64,000 nt of DNA from Spirochaetia bacterium (GTDB lineage Bacteria; Spirochaetota; Spirochaetia; CAKZLE01): contig JAIPFY010000008.1 in the NCBI GenBank assembly GCA_021736385.1, positions 188-64,187 on the forward strand, given 5' to 3'. The position numbers and the translations under genes are program-made. Below the pieces are notes generated by a model, which made no database searches, was not told where the DNA came from, and saw nothing but the letters and a program-made list of their open reading frames with translations. Of this stretch, positions 20,186 to 30,011 are shown piece by piece (the first letter of the stretch is position 1; the number at the start of each line of letters is the position of its first letter).

Positions 20186-21679
20186 TCATTCCCCATCCAG
20201 GTCGGTAGAGACCTTCTTTTTCTTCTTCAGCGAGGTGTAGAGGGAGAACAGACTCAACAGGATGAATACGATGGTGATCGGTCGGGTATAGAGAAAACTG
20301 ATACTGCCTTCGTACATGAGCAGTGATTTTCTCAAGTTGCATTCAGCCATAGGGCCGAGAATGAGCGCAAGGACGATGGGTGACTGCGGTATTCCAGCTT
20401 TCAGAAGTACGTACCCGATGACCCCGAAACCTATGGTGACACCGACATCGAAGATGCTGTTGTTGATCGCATAGGATCCTACCATGGAGAGGATGATGAT
20501 CATCGGGATAATGAGGACCTTGGGGATATCAACGATCCTGCTGAAGAACCTGATGCCAAAGAGTCCGAGCAGAAGCATGAACACATTACCCAGCAGTAAC
20601 GCACTGAAGATGCTGTACACCAGATCTGCATCACGTATGAACATCATCGGTCCTGGCGCGATCCCCTGCATGATGAAGGCCCCAAGCAGTATTGCCGCCA
20701 CTGCATCACCGGGGACACCAAGAGATAGCAGAGGTACCAGAGCCCCCCCGGTGACACCATTGTTCCCCGCTTCAGGTGCCGCGATCCCTTCAAGGCAGCC
20801 GGTCCCAAACTTCTCAGGGTGTTTCGATGACCGTTTAGCTTCATTGTAGGAGACAAAGGCTGCGATATCAGCCCCGGCTCCTGGAATAGATCCTATGAAG
20901 GTTCCCATGAATGCAGACTTGATCATGGTAGGCAGGGTCTGGAGCAGCTCTTTCTTCGAGACATATGATGTCCCCTTTACTACTACTTTCTCGCTATGCG
21001 TACCATCAAACGTTTCAAGCTGTACGAAGGCCTCTGCCAGAGCGAACAACCCAATGAGGACCGGAATGATGGAAAGACCATTCAGGAAGTTGATGCTCCC
21101 AAAGGTAAACCGTGCTGCGCTTGTTATCGGATCCATCCCTACCGTTGCTACGAACAGTCCCAAGAAACCGGCAAGGAATCCTTTGATGATATTCTTCGCA
21201 GAGATGGATGCAATGATCGTCAACCCGAACACAGCAAGCATAAAATATTCAGGAGCGCTGAACTTAAGCGCAAAGCTTGCCAACAGTGGAGATATGGTAA
21301 TAAGCATGATCGTACTTATTATCCCCCCGACAAAACTGGCAATAGCGGACATACTCAAAGCTTTTGTGGCCTCTCCCTGTTTGACCAGTTCATGACCATC
21401 AAAGACTGTGGCAGCTGATGCAGGGGTCCCGGGGGTCTTAAGAAGGATGGCAGAGATCGACCCACCATAGATCGCTCCCACATAGATGCCTACCAGTGTA
21501 GCCAGTGCCGGTATGGAGTCCATGGTGAAAGTGAAGGGAAGCAGGATAGCTACTCCCATCGTAGCAGTCAGCCCGGGGAGTGCCCCGATGATAATACCTC
21601 CAGCTACCCCAAGGAACACCAGCGGGAACACATTCCATGAGAACACCAGAGCCAGTCCATTCAATAACAGTTGAAACAT
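20186..21679 (-). CDS. tctA: tripartite tricarboxylate transporter permease TctA
   Basis: GALPGL, YGGSISAILLKTPGTP, APEAGNN, LGVPG. Confidence 0.95.
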   Translation of the reverse strand: MFQLLLNGLALVFSWNVFPLVFLGVAGGIIIGALPGLTATMGVAILLPFTFTMDSIPALATLVGIYVGAIYGGSISAILLKTPGTPASAATVFDGHELVKQGEATKALSMSAIASFVGGIISTIMLITISPLLASFALKFSAPEYFMLAVFGLTIIASISAKNIIKGFLAGFLGLFVATVGMDPITSAARFTFGSINFLNGLSIIPVLIGLFALAEAFVQLETFDGTHSEKVVVKGTSYVSKKELLQTLPTMIKSAFMGTFIGSIPGAGADIAAFVSYNEAKRSSKHPEKFGTGCLEGIAAPEAGNNGVTGGALVPLLSLGVPGDAVAAILLGAFIMQGIAPGPMMFIRDADLVYSIFSALLLGNVFMLLLGLFGIRFFSRIVDIPKVLIIPMIIILSMVGSYAINNSIFDVGVTIGFGVIGYVLLKAGIPQSPIVLALILGPMAECNLRKSLLMYEGSISFLYTRPITIVFILLSLFSLYTSLKKKKKVSTDLDGE

Positions 21680-21691
21680 TTCATCACCTCA

Positions 21692-22159
21692 TTAAAATCC
21701 GATGATTCCAGTCGGTAGCTGCACAAGAAAGACATACCTGAACAGCGCAGTCACCACGATCACAAAGATGGGTGCCAAGACGTAGAATCTGGTTCTCTTG
21801 ACTTCCAGCAGACGCAGCAGTGCCAGAAACAACAGTATGGAGCTCAGAGCAAAACCAAGTGCTTCAAGCATCACAGAGACATAGACAACCAGCATCCCCA
21901 TAGTCATCAGGGGAGTCTTCATCCCTTTGGAAAAGAACCTCACGGTCTCTTTGGAATCCGTCTTCTGTCCGGAAGTTCGTGAGGTGGCTATCAGAATCAG
22001 GGACAGGAGGATCATCCCCAAGGCTATCAGACGAGGGAAGAATTCAGGTCCTGTATAATGGTCTTTGACAAGAGTGGCTTTGAAGGTGAAGGAATATGCG
22101 ATGATGAAGACACCCAGGGCAATAAACACTATTCCTGTGATACTATTGATTCGTTTCAT
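21692..22159 (-). CDS. tctB: tripartite tricarboxylate transporter small subunit TctB
   Basis: GPEFFP, four TM segments, C-terminal LPTG; lies between tctC and tctA. Confidence 0.9.
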   Translation of the reverse strand: MKRINSITGIVFIALGVFIIAYSFTFKATLVKDHYTGPEFFPRLIALGMILLSLILIATSRTSGQKTDSKETVRFFSKGMKTPLMTMGMLVVYVSVMLEALGFALSSILLFLALLRLLEVKRTRFYVLAPIFVIVVTALFRYVFLVQLPTGIIGF

Positions 22160-22190
22160 GAGTTCGTTCCTTTTTAAGGGGGGGGAGAAG

Positions 22191-22223
22191 CCACGCTGAA
22201 GGATGTCACTGTCTTCAGCGTGG
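22191..22223. terminator. intercistronic stem-loop downstream of tctC
   Basis: 11-bp stem CCACGCTGAAG/CTTCAGCGTGG. Confidence 0.65.
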
Positions 22224-22241
22224 TCGTGAATCTTCGGGAGG

Positions 22242-23192
22242 TTACATTGCTTCTACGATAGAAGCGATCGTCCTGGTATCTGACTCGATGAATGAGGCAA
22301 AGTCCTCTGAAGAGAGGTTGTAGATACCCAGTTTTGCATTCTTCATGAATGACACGAACTCAGGATCTTTGATCGCAGCATTGAAAGCTTCCTCAAGTGT
22401 GGTTCTGATCAGTTCAGGTGTCCCTTTGGGAACTCCCAGACCTCTCCATGTGCCGGAAACCAGTTCATAGCCGAGCTCAGAGAACGTCGGGACTTCAGGA
22501 AGAGCGTCGAATCGTTCCGGGGCCATGATCGCTACAGGCTTCAACTGCCCTGCTTCGATCTGTCCGATGAGTTCTCCTGGACTTGCGATGACAAAATCAG
22601 TATGTCCGCCAAGCACTGAGGGGATTGCTTCGGAAGCTCCATTATACGGGATATGATTGAAAGAGACCTGAAGCCCATTCTCTATGGCAAGTACATACAG
22701 ATTCGGTGCTGCCGGGCTTGCGAACTTGACGGTACCGGGTTTTGCTTGTGCATCATCAAACAGTTTTGAGAGATCTTCATACTTCGATCCAGGCTTCACA
22801 CAAAGCAGTGCCGGATCCATGTTGACCAGCCGAACAAGATCGAAGTCTGAATCATCAATCTGCGCCAGTCCCATCAACGGCAGGGAAATGATCTCTCGAG
22901 TCACCATGGTGACCGTATACCCATCAGGTGTGGAGGTGGCACCGAAGGTCATTCCTACAGCGCCAGATCCGCCTGTCTTATTTACCACGACAACACTCTG
23001 ATCCAGATATTTTTCTACAGAATGTGCGAGTGCTCTTCCTACGGCATCAGTACCCCCACCTGCTGAGAAGGGAACAACCAGATTGATGGTCTTTGTGGGG
23101 TATTCTGCTTTTGCCTCAGTTCCCCCCTGAGCATAGATCGTCCCTGCAGCTACCAGGATCAGCACACACAACACCATACCAATTTTTTTCAT
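22242..23192 (-). CDS. tctC: tripartite tricarboxylate transporter substrate-binding protein TctC/Bug
   Basis: YPTKTI.LVVPFSAGGGTD, VVVNKTGGSG, PDGYT, HIPYNG, WRGL. Confidence 0.95.
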   Translation of the reverse strand: MKKIGMVLCVLILVAAGTIYAQGGTEAKAEYPTKTINLVVPFSAGGGTDAVGRALAHSVEKYLDQSVVVVNKTGGSGAVGMTFGATSTPDGYTVTMVTREIISLPLMGLAQIDDSDFDLVRLVNMDPALLCVKPGSKYEDLSKLFDDAQAKPGTVKFASPAAPNLYVLAIENGLQVSFNHIPYNGASEAIPSVLGGHTDFVIASPGELIGQIEAGQLKPVAIMAPERFDALPEVPTFSELGYELVSGTWRGLGVPKGTPELIRTTLEEAFNAAIKDPEFVSFMKNAKLGIYNLSSEDFASFIESDTRTIASIVEAM

Positions 23193-23275
23193 AAACCTCT
23201 CCTTTGATTTGTTATATCCTTATTCTGAACGAGGTTATGCGATCCGTACATGATGATATTTTACATAGTATGTCA

Positions 23276-24856
23276 CTATTTTACTTTCTTGAGATACGAC
23301 TGGGGAGAGACCTGCTTCACCCGCTTGAAAGCTCTAGAAAAGGTCTCTGAACTGTTAAAACCGACAGCCTCAGCTATCTCATAGAGCTTGAGACTGCTTC
23401 CGGTCATCAGTTCTATCGCCTTTTCAATTCGAAGATTCGTAAGGTAGGAGGAGAACCCTATCCCGGAATCCTTTGTCAGGACCCTGCTCAGATATGATGG
23501 ATTCATCTGCAGTTCCTGTGCGACTGTCTCAAGTGAGATATCATGCATATAGTGTTTGCACACAAAGTCCTGTACCCGCAGGAAGATCCTTGAAGAGTGA
23601 TCCTGACAGCATCGCAGTATCTGTGCCATCTGTACTATCCAGATGTTCAATGCAGACACATCAGCACCTGCGATCTCCAGCACCCGGTATTCGTGGACCT
23701 TGTCTGCAAATTCACCGCCGGACAAAGCACCTTCAGATTCTATGAACGAACTACAGAGAATGAACATATTCTGATAATGAGTGATGATCTGTTCGGGTTC
23801 ATGCCCTCGGATACAGGAAAGATCGAGAGTGAGCTGTTCCAAGTGATCAGCGACTTGCGCATACTGTAGATGATATAGACCCTTCACAAGACCCAGGAGA
23901 GAAGGAATCTGACAGGCAGTACTCTTTCTGAGCGTCTGTACTTTTGGCTCGCTGTATATCTTACCGACCCCACCCACATGATAGAACGATAGGAAGTATG
24001 CAGCTTCTTCGGTGGCACTGTGCACGTGCTGCAAAGTTGTCCCATGCATAGCGAACCCAAGGCTGAGCGCATGAACAGAGTCTTCCAACACAGCATACAA
24101 CCTGCGATGCATATCCTCCCATATGGCTGAAAGGTCTCTCCAGCTCAATACCGTGCTGCTCAGATAGAACAGGTAGCATGTCCCATCTCTATCAAAACTC
24201 AAAAACTCAGAGGTCTCCATCACACACCGATCGATCGTATGGATCATCTGCTCTCTCAGTTCCCTGAAATCTTCACGCTGTACTGTTTCGACCGTGAAAT
24301 GGAACCGCAAAGCACTCGTATACAGCAGTCCATCATCAGTAGAGAGCGGTATACCCAGATTTTGTATACACACCGTATCAATGTCTTCATACTCTTTCCA
24401 GTTGTTGCGCAGATAGCCCTGCTTCATATAAAAGAGATTGACATCTCCAGGACCGGAGGTAGTATGATATGAATCTACTTGTGTTCTGATGTGACGCTGC
24501 TTCTCTATCACAGACATCAACTGCTGATGGTCGAATTCACTTTTCAGGATATAGTCGACCACGCCCAGATGAAAGGCTTCTTTCACAAGCAAGAAATCAT
24601 CGTACCCGCTGAGAACGATATAGTTCACAGCAGGGAACCGCCTGGTGGCTTCCTGCAGGAATTCCAGACCATTCATCTCCGGCATGATCATATCAGTGAT
24701 GACATAATCATAGGCTTCATGAGCCATGAGGGCTAATGCCTCCCTGCCGTTGATCGCCTCATCGGGGATTCCAGCCCCACAGGCACTCCAGTCAACAGTC
24801 TGTACTACTCCCTCTCTGAACAACGGCTCATCATCAACCAACAGGATCTTAAGCAT
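23276..24856 (-). CDS. two-component response regulator, receiver plus AraC HTH (YesN-like)
   Basis: LLVDDE, TDMIMP, DYILK; C-terminal YLSR...AVGFN.SETFSRAFK. Confidence 0.92.
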   Translation of the reverse strand: MLKILLVDDEPLFREGVVQTVDWSACGAGIPDEAINGREALALMAHEAYDYVITDMIMPEMNGLEFLQEATRRFPAVNYIVLSGYDDFLLVKEAFHLGVVDYILKSEFDHQQLMSVIEKQRHIRTQVDSYHTTSGPGDVNLFYMKQGYLRNNWKEYEDIDTVCIQNLGIPLSTDDGLLYTSALRFHFTVETVQREDFRELREQMIHTIDRCVMETSEFLSFDRDGTCYLFYLSSTVLSWRDLSAIWEDMHRRLYAVLEDSVHALSLGFAMHGTTLQHVHSATEEAAYFLSFYHVGGVGKIYSEPKVQTLRKSTACQIPSLLGLVKGLYHLQYAQVADHLEQLTLDLSCIRGHEPEQIITHYQNMFILCSSFIESEGALSGGEFADKVHEYRVLEIAGADVSALNIWIVQMAQILRCCQDHSSRIFLRVQDFVCKHYMHDISLETVAQELQMNPSYLSRVLTKDSGIGFSSYLTNLRIEKAIELMTGSSLKLYEIAEAVGFNSSETFSRAFKRVKQVSPQSYLKKVK

Positions 24857-24857
24857 A

Positions 24858-26402
24858 CTACACCTCTCTGCGACATGGGATTATGATCTTGACCGCTGTA
24901 TAGACCATATGCCTGCTATCAACTGTTATCCCATACGCTTCACCGAAGAACAGTTTGACTCTCTTGTGTATGTTATACAATCCGATATGCACTGAACCGT
25001 TCTCCTTTTCGCCATCTGTATGCGGGTCATAATCGAGGATGGTCTTCAAGGTTTCCGGAGTCATACCCGTACCGTTATCCCGTATTTCGATCACCAGATC
25101 ACCTGCATATATCGATGCACCGATATGCAGGACAGGAGCACTCTGTGCTGTGTTCAATTTGTTCGAAAGCCCATGCATGATGGCATTCTCAACTACCGGC
25201 TGCAGCATCTGCTGCGGCAGATAGCAGGTCTCCGCTCCCTGCTCGATAGCATACGTGACCTGAAGCCTGTTCTTATATCTCATCTGTATGATATTCACGT
25301 AATGCTTCAGGACTCCCAGCTCCACGTTGAAAGCCACAAGATAACTGGTATTCACCAATGTATGCCGGAGGATCCTTGAGAGGCTGTATACACAGCCGGC
25401 AATCTCCTCCTGGTTGTTCATCGTGGCCATCATACGAATGGTACCGAGCGTATTATTCAAGAAGTGAGGATTGATCTGGTACTGCAGCACCTGGAGCTGT
25501 GACTTGCGTTTCTCATCCTCCGCGATCAGGATCTGCTGATACAGATGATGGAGTTTTGCTGCCATCTCATGGATCCCAGATGATATGACAAAGATCTCAT
25601 CATCAGGCTCACCCCTGATGACAGCAGTCTCGAGTGCTTCTTCTGATACATCATACTCACCGATGGACTTGATCATCGTTGCAAGGGTCTGGATGGGTTT
25701 GACTGTCCGTGTGATGCTGATGAACAGGTAGGCTGCAGCGCTGCTGAAGATGATCCCGATACATATGATGAACACGATCGTCCAGTGTTTGACGATCTGC
25801 GGGGTTTCCATATCTATCTCATTGATGATGATGGAGAACTCATCTGCTATGATATCGAATACCGACATATTGGCAATGAGATTCCGGTAGGGAATCCTTT
25901 CCTGATAACTCAGGATCTCAGAATCCCACTGCATGAGCACAAGCTCATGCAGCGTCCCCGAGGAGTTGTGATAGATCCTCTCCTTCATATCCTGATCATC
26001 GAGTATCTGATCATCAAGGATGGCTAATGCTCCAAGCAGTTTGTCATAACAGAATTCCCATATATACGAGGCATGGACCAGTTCATCTTGGTTCTCTGCT
26101 GACAGCAGGAACACGTAAGGATGATCCTGCAATGCGATAAAATCTTCATCAAGGCAGGTTATGGCTGCTCTGAGCTCTGCATCAAGGGTCTCTAATCTGT
26201 TGATGGAATCGACTCGCATATACATGATATCATTTGTGAGATTGTTTATCTCATACCAGTCAGCTTTGACCTCTTTAGCATATAAGGACAGATTCATCAG
26301 CCGATAGAGTTGCAAACCGACAGCAGACATGAGCAGAAACCCGAGGATAAAGGCAAGAACCGCTGATAATGATATCCTGAAAACCTTGTTTATGGTCTTC
26401 AC
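24858..26402 (-). CDS. sensor histidine kinase (YesM/LytS-type)
   Basis: Two TMs, QINPHFLNNTL H-box, QPVVENAIMHG, DNGTGM, HIGL.N. Confidence 0.92.
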   Translation of the reverse strand: MKTINKVFRISLSAVLAFILGFLLMSAVGLQLYRLMNLSLYAKEVKADWYEINNLTNDIMYMRVDSINRLETLDAELRAAITCLDEDFIALQDHPYVFLLSAENQDELVHASYIWEFCYDKLLGALAILDDQILDDQDMKERIYHNSSGTLHELVLMQWDSEILSYQERIPYRNLIANMSVFDIIADEFSIIINEIDMETPQIVKHWTIVFIICIGIIFSSAAAYLFISITRTVKPIQTLATMIKSIGEYDVSEEALETAVIRGEPDDEIFVISSGIHEMAAKLHHLYQQILIAEDEKRKSQLQVLQYQINPHFLNNTLGTIRMMATMNNQEEIAGCVYSLSRILRHTLVNTSYLVAFNVELGVLKHYVNIIQMRYKNRLQVTYAIEQGAETCYLPQQMLQPVVENAIMHGLSNKLNTAQSAPVLHIGASIYAGDLVIEIRDNGTGMTPETLKTILDYDPHTDGEKENGSVHIGLYNIHKRVKLFFGEAYGITVDSRHMVYTAVKIIIPCRREV

Positions 26403-27166
26403 TGCTGTATCAACCCAGATGAGACTGCAGCTGCTGTCTCTTTCAGCTTGTTCTTCATGTGATCGAGCAATCGCTCATTCGAGATGGATGCAAAATAGGG
26501 GATACTCAAAGCACCAACGACCCTGCTGATCGAATTGTATATCGGACAGGCTATGGCCCTCACCCCCTCAGTGTACTCTTCATAATCATAACCGACCCCG
26601 GTAGTCAGGATCTGTTTCAGATCTTTCCCCAGCGCATCATAGGTAGTCAAGGTATGAGTGGTGAATGCCTTGAAGGGTTCTGTCCCGATGCACTCCATGA
26701 GTTCTTTTTGATTGAACGCAAGTAGGACTTTACTGGCCGCTCCCACATGCAAAGGGAACTCAGCTTTTGGGGCAACGGATATGTGAAGAGGTTTCTTCGC
26801 CTCAACGATGGCAAGCACCGTGACATGATCCCCTTCTGTGATCGACAGCTTCACGGTCTCACCAAGCAGGTCTGAGAGTTCCTGCATACAGGGGACGGCT
26901 ACTTCCTGCAACTCTTTTTTCTCTACCAGCTTCTGTGCGAAATACATGAATTGTGAACCCAGCATATACCCTTTGGCCGGAGCTTTCCGCTCACGGATGT
27001 AGTGAAGATCCCTCATGGTATTGAGCATCCTGTGAAGACTGCTCTTCGGTATATCAAGTTCATTACTTAATCTGGCAGCACTCACACCTTCAGGATGTTC
27101 GGCAAGGACACAACAGATCTCATGTGCTTTAACTAATGCCGGTACGTGGTTCTCTTTGGTCACCAT
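26399..27166 (-). CDS. IclR family transcriptional regulator
   Basis: IPKSSLHRML HTH; PLHVGAASKVLLAF; EEYTEGVRAIACP. Confidence 0.93.
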   Translation of the reverse strand: MVTKENHVPALVKAHEICCVLAEHPEGVSAARLSNELDIPKSSLHRMLNTMRDLHYIRERKAPAKGYMLGSQFMYFAQKLVEKKELQEVAVPCMQELSDLLGETVKLSITEGDHVTVLAIVEAKKPLHISVAPKAEFPLHVGAASKVLLAFNQKELMECIGTEPFKAFTTHTLTTYDALGKDLKQILTTGVGYDYEEYTEGVRAIACPIYNSISRVVGALSIPYFASISNERLLDHMKNKLKETAAAVSSGLIQQ

Positions 27167-27186
27167 CAGTCTCCTCGATCTAATAA

Positions 27187-27281
27187 GTCTAATATATTAG
27201 ACATAATACCATTATTATCATTATTTTTCCAATATATTATACTTTTTTTTGACAGCTCATTAATGTGACTATATATTAGAC
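27187..27281. promoter_or_regulatory. three candidate IclR boxes plus sigma70 promoter for the RraA-like gene
   Basis: Perfect palindrome GTCTAATATATTAGAC (27187-27202), degenerate copies at 27227-27242 and 27266-27281; TTGACA (27249), 17 bp, TATATT (27272). Confidence 0.75.
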
Positions 27282-27303
27282 AAAAATAATCTGGAGGGTA
27301 TCT

Positions 27304-27975
27304 ATGAAAACATATGAGATTCCGATCACAGAGCTGTGCGACAGGTACAGTCGTCTTTATTCTGCCTCAGTGGGGGATATTCTGGATCGCAGAGGGTTCA
27401 GAAATCAGATCCTGCCACATGATATTCAAGCTCAGGTGAGACCGGATTCAGCTATCTGCGGGCTCGCTTTCACCGGTGAGGGAGAACCTCATAACGATTC
27501 GGAATTGAGTGACCAGGACATCCGGATCACCATGCTGGAAAGCATCTTCCCGAACTCGATCTCAATCTGGAAAACTAACGGTGATACTGCTGCAGCTCAT
27601 TGGGGTGAGATCATGGGAACAGCAGCACAGCAAAAAGGCTGCAAAGGAGTCATTCTTGATGGAGGGACCCGTGATGTCGCATATCTGAACGAGATCGAGT
27701 TCCCGGTCTTCTGCAGATTCAGGAACCCGGCCAGTTCCATAGGCCGGTGGTCCATCACCAGGTATATGAGACCGATAGTGATCGGAAACACGAACATATT
27801 TCCCTATGATGTGATCATTGCCGATATCGACGGGGTCGTAGTGGTCCCTCAGGATATAGCATATGAAGTACTCCAGGAAGCTGAACGTGTCTGCAGTAAA
27901 GAGGAGAAGATGCGATTATCACTGATGCAGGGCACCTCCATCAGCAGTGTCTATGCACAGTATGGTGATTTCTGA
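27304..27975 (+). CDS. RraA/HMG aldolase family protein
   Basis: AHWGEIM, GVILDGGTRD, GDV-like 'YDVIIADIDGVVVVP'. Confidence 0.88.
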   Translation: MKTYEIPITELCDRYSRLYSASVGDILDRRGFRNQILPHDIQAQVRPDSAICGLAFTGEGEPHNDSELSDQDIRITMLESIFPNSISIWKTNGDTAAAHWGEIMGTAAQQKGCKGVILDGGTRDVAYLNEIEFPVFCRFRNPASSIGRWSITRYMRPIVIGNTNIFPYDVIIADIDGVVVVPQDIAYEVLQEAERVCSKEEKMRLSLMQGTSISSVYAQYGDF

Positions 27976-28148
27976 CCCACGGCTGAGCTCAGCAGGAAGC
28001 GATGCTGATCATCCCTGCAATCTCAGAAGTGATTCTTGTCTCATGAGCCATCCTGGTGTACTATCTACAGCAGCAGGTATCTATCCTGCAGGCAGAGCAC
28101 ACACGATGTCCCTGCCATCCTATACTACCCTGCAGGAGGTATCAGATC

Positions 28149-28937
28149 ATGCAGAGACCGGATGAACTCGTATTCGAAGGCCAGACTCTCAGGGGGATGG
28201 TCCATTACCCTGATTCAGCAGAGGGGCCTGTCCCCTCTGTGATCATATTCCATGGATTCACCGGCAGCAAAGTCGATGCTCACCGTATCCATGTGCACAT
28301 AGCCCGGTATCTTGAAGAACGCGGGATCGCTGTCTACCGGTATGACTTCATCGGCTCGGGTGAGAGCGACGGGGAGTTCGAACAGATGACGCTCAGCAGC
28401 GAGATCGCACAGGCGCATGCCGTGTTCGCACATGTCTGTGAAGACCCACGCTGCGATCCATCACAGGTGTTCGTCATCGGACACAGTATGGGAGGTCTTG
28501 TGACCGGATGCTTTGCAGGAGATACGGCATCAGAGCCCTCACTGCAGCAGCCTGCAGGACTCATCCTCATGGCACCGGCGGGGAATATGATCGAAGTCTA
28601 CGAGGAGGTCTGCAGGATCTCAAAAGACTGGATCAGAGCTGACGGCTCAGTGGATCATGAAGGGTATGTGGTAGGAAGCGGGTACCTGAAAGACCTTACC
28701 GGTCATATCGCATCACTGCCCGAGCGTGCAGCAGCCTATATGAACGATGTCCTGGTGATCCATGGGGATCAGGATACGGTCGTAGGCCTCTCAGTCGGGC
28801 AGACCTTCGCAGGCTACTATCAGGAACGGGGAACGGTCGCGATCATCGAAGGAGCAGACCACTGCTTCTCACAGATCCCCTATGAACAGCAGCTGCTCGA
28901 ACAGATCGGCTCCTTTGTCACACAGCACCTTCAATAG
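28149..28937 (+). CDS. alpha/beta hydrolase (feruloyl/cinnamoyl esterase-like)
   Basis: HGFTG, GSGESDG, nucleophile GHSMGG, HGDQD, GADH triad; start reset behind AGGAGGT. Confidence 0.9.
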   Translation: MQRPDELVFEGQTLRGMVHYPDSAEGPVPSVIIFHGFTGSKVDAHRIHVHIARYLEERGIAVYRYDFIGSGESDGEFEQMTLSSEIAQAHAVFAHVCEDPRCDPSQVFVIGHSMGGLVTGCFAGDTASEPSLQQPAGLILMAPAGNMIEVYEEVCRISKDWIRADGSVDHEGYVVGSGYLKDLTGHIASLPERAAAYMNDVLVIHGDQDTVVGLSVGQTFAGYYQERGTVAIIEGADHCFSQIPYEQQLLEQIGSFVTQHLQ

Positions 28938-29989
28938 ATGCGCAGCTGAGAGAGTCCCAGTTCAAGCCTGTTGCGATCAATGACTTCGTTCCAGGTATGA
29001 TACCCTTGCGGGGGTTCATAGCTGCAGCTGCTTACCTCATACCGACCAGCATGCCCGGTCATATGAGCCATGAGATCGGTCGCAGCTGCCTTCACCCCGT
29101 CATCTGTGGCTCTTGAGCCCGCATAGAAGTCGTTTCCCGGCCATGATACATGATCCCAGGCTACTATCGAGAAGAGCCGGTGATCACAGAAGTCATCTCC
29201 GGGTTCCTCATACGCTGTGACCCGGCACAGCTGAGCATGAGGAGCGGCCGCTCTTCTGAGCGGCCTGACCCTCAGTTCGGTCTCTCCTGCGTGGAAGGTC
29301 TCCTCCCTGCACTCCTGATAGGGATCGTAGTAGATGATCCTGATCGATGGGAACAGGGAATGATGGGTTCTGATCAGTTCGGCGAGCACCTGTTCCAGAA
29401 GGGCTCCGAGTCTACCGTAGAACGGCCCGGCGAACTGGCCGCAGCCGATCCCGGGAACAGTCACCACAGCCTGCTGAGCATGCGCACTGCAGATGGTCTC
29501 CACATGCTGCAGCAGCGGCAGCAGGCGTCGTTCATAGAGCCGGTAGTACTGCTCATAGCAAATCTGTGCATCGGAAGTCACCTCCTCCCAGTCACAGGGA
29601 GTCACCCCACAGGGGGCTGCAAGGAGGGCCCCCGGGATGAAGAGCAGCTCTGCAGAGAACGGCAGGGTATGGACACGCGGGTTCCGATGAGCCCCGTCGT
29701 CATAGACGCGAACCGGGACCGCGACAGCCAGGTCTCCCAGGATCGATAGCTCCTGCATGTTCCAGTCAGACCCGTCTGCATGCAGTGCCGACTCAGCGAA
29801 GATCTGAGGCTTCTTGGTAGTGATGAGCTGCTGGAGGAACTGCCAGTCTGAAAGTGAGGACAGATCAAGACCGGCAAGCCGCCGGTGCAGATAGGCTCCC
29901 ATCGTGCACGTACCTGCTGCCAGGGCCTCCCGGTACCAGGCTACCTTCGCAAACCCATCATGATGCATCAACACAGTACCATCAGTCAT
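28931..29989 (-). CDS. MavL-like macrodomain (ADP-ribosyl)hydrolase homolog
   Basis: KKPQIFAES, DGSDWN, SILGD, PGALL, LYERRLLP, PGIGCGQFAG, YDPY, SIVAWDHVSWPGNDF...R.TDDGVKAA match Legionella MavL motifs as recalled; start reset to MTDG. Confidence 0.75.
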   Translation of the reverse strand: MTDGTVLMHHDGFAKVAWYREALAAGTCTMGAYLHRRLAGLDLSSLSDWQFLQQLITTKKPQIFAESALHADGSDWNMQELSILGDLAVAVPVRVYDDGAHRNPRVHTLPFSAELLFIPGALLAAPCGVTPCDWEEVTSDAQICYEQYYRLYERRLLPLLQHVETICSAHAQQAVVTVPGIGCGQFAGPFYGRLGALLEQVLAELIRTHHSLFPSIRIIYYDPYQECREETFHAGETELRVRPLRRAAAPHAQLCRVTAYEEPGDDFCDHRLFSIVAWDHVSWPGNDFYAGSRATDDGVKAAATDLMAHMTGHAGRYEVSSCSYEPPQGYHTWNEVIDRNRLELGLSQLRIY

Positions 29990-30011
29990 ACGAGCCACCC
30001 CCTGCTGCTGT

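Noticed and set aside
22178-22185. G8 homopolymer upstream of tctB as a phase-variation tract
   Set aside because: Short, intergenic, outside the RBS spacer and any evident promoter.
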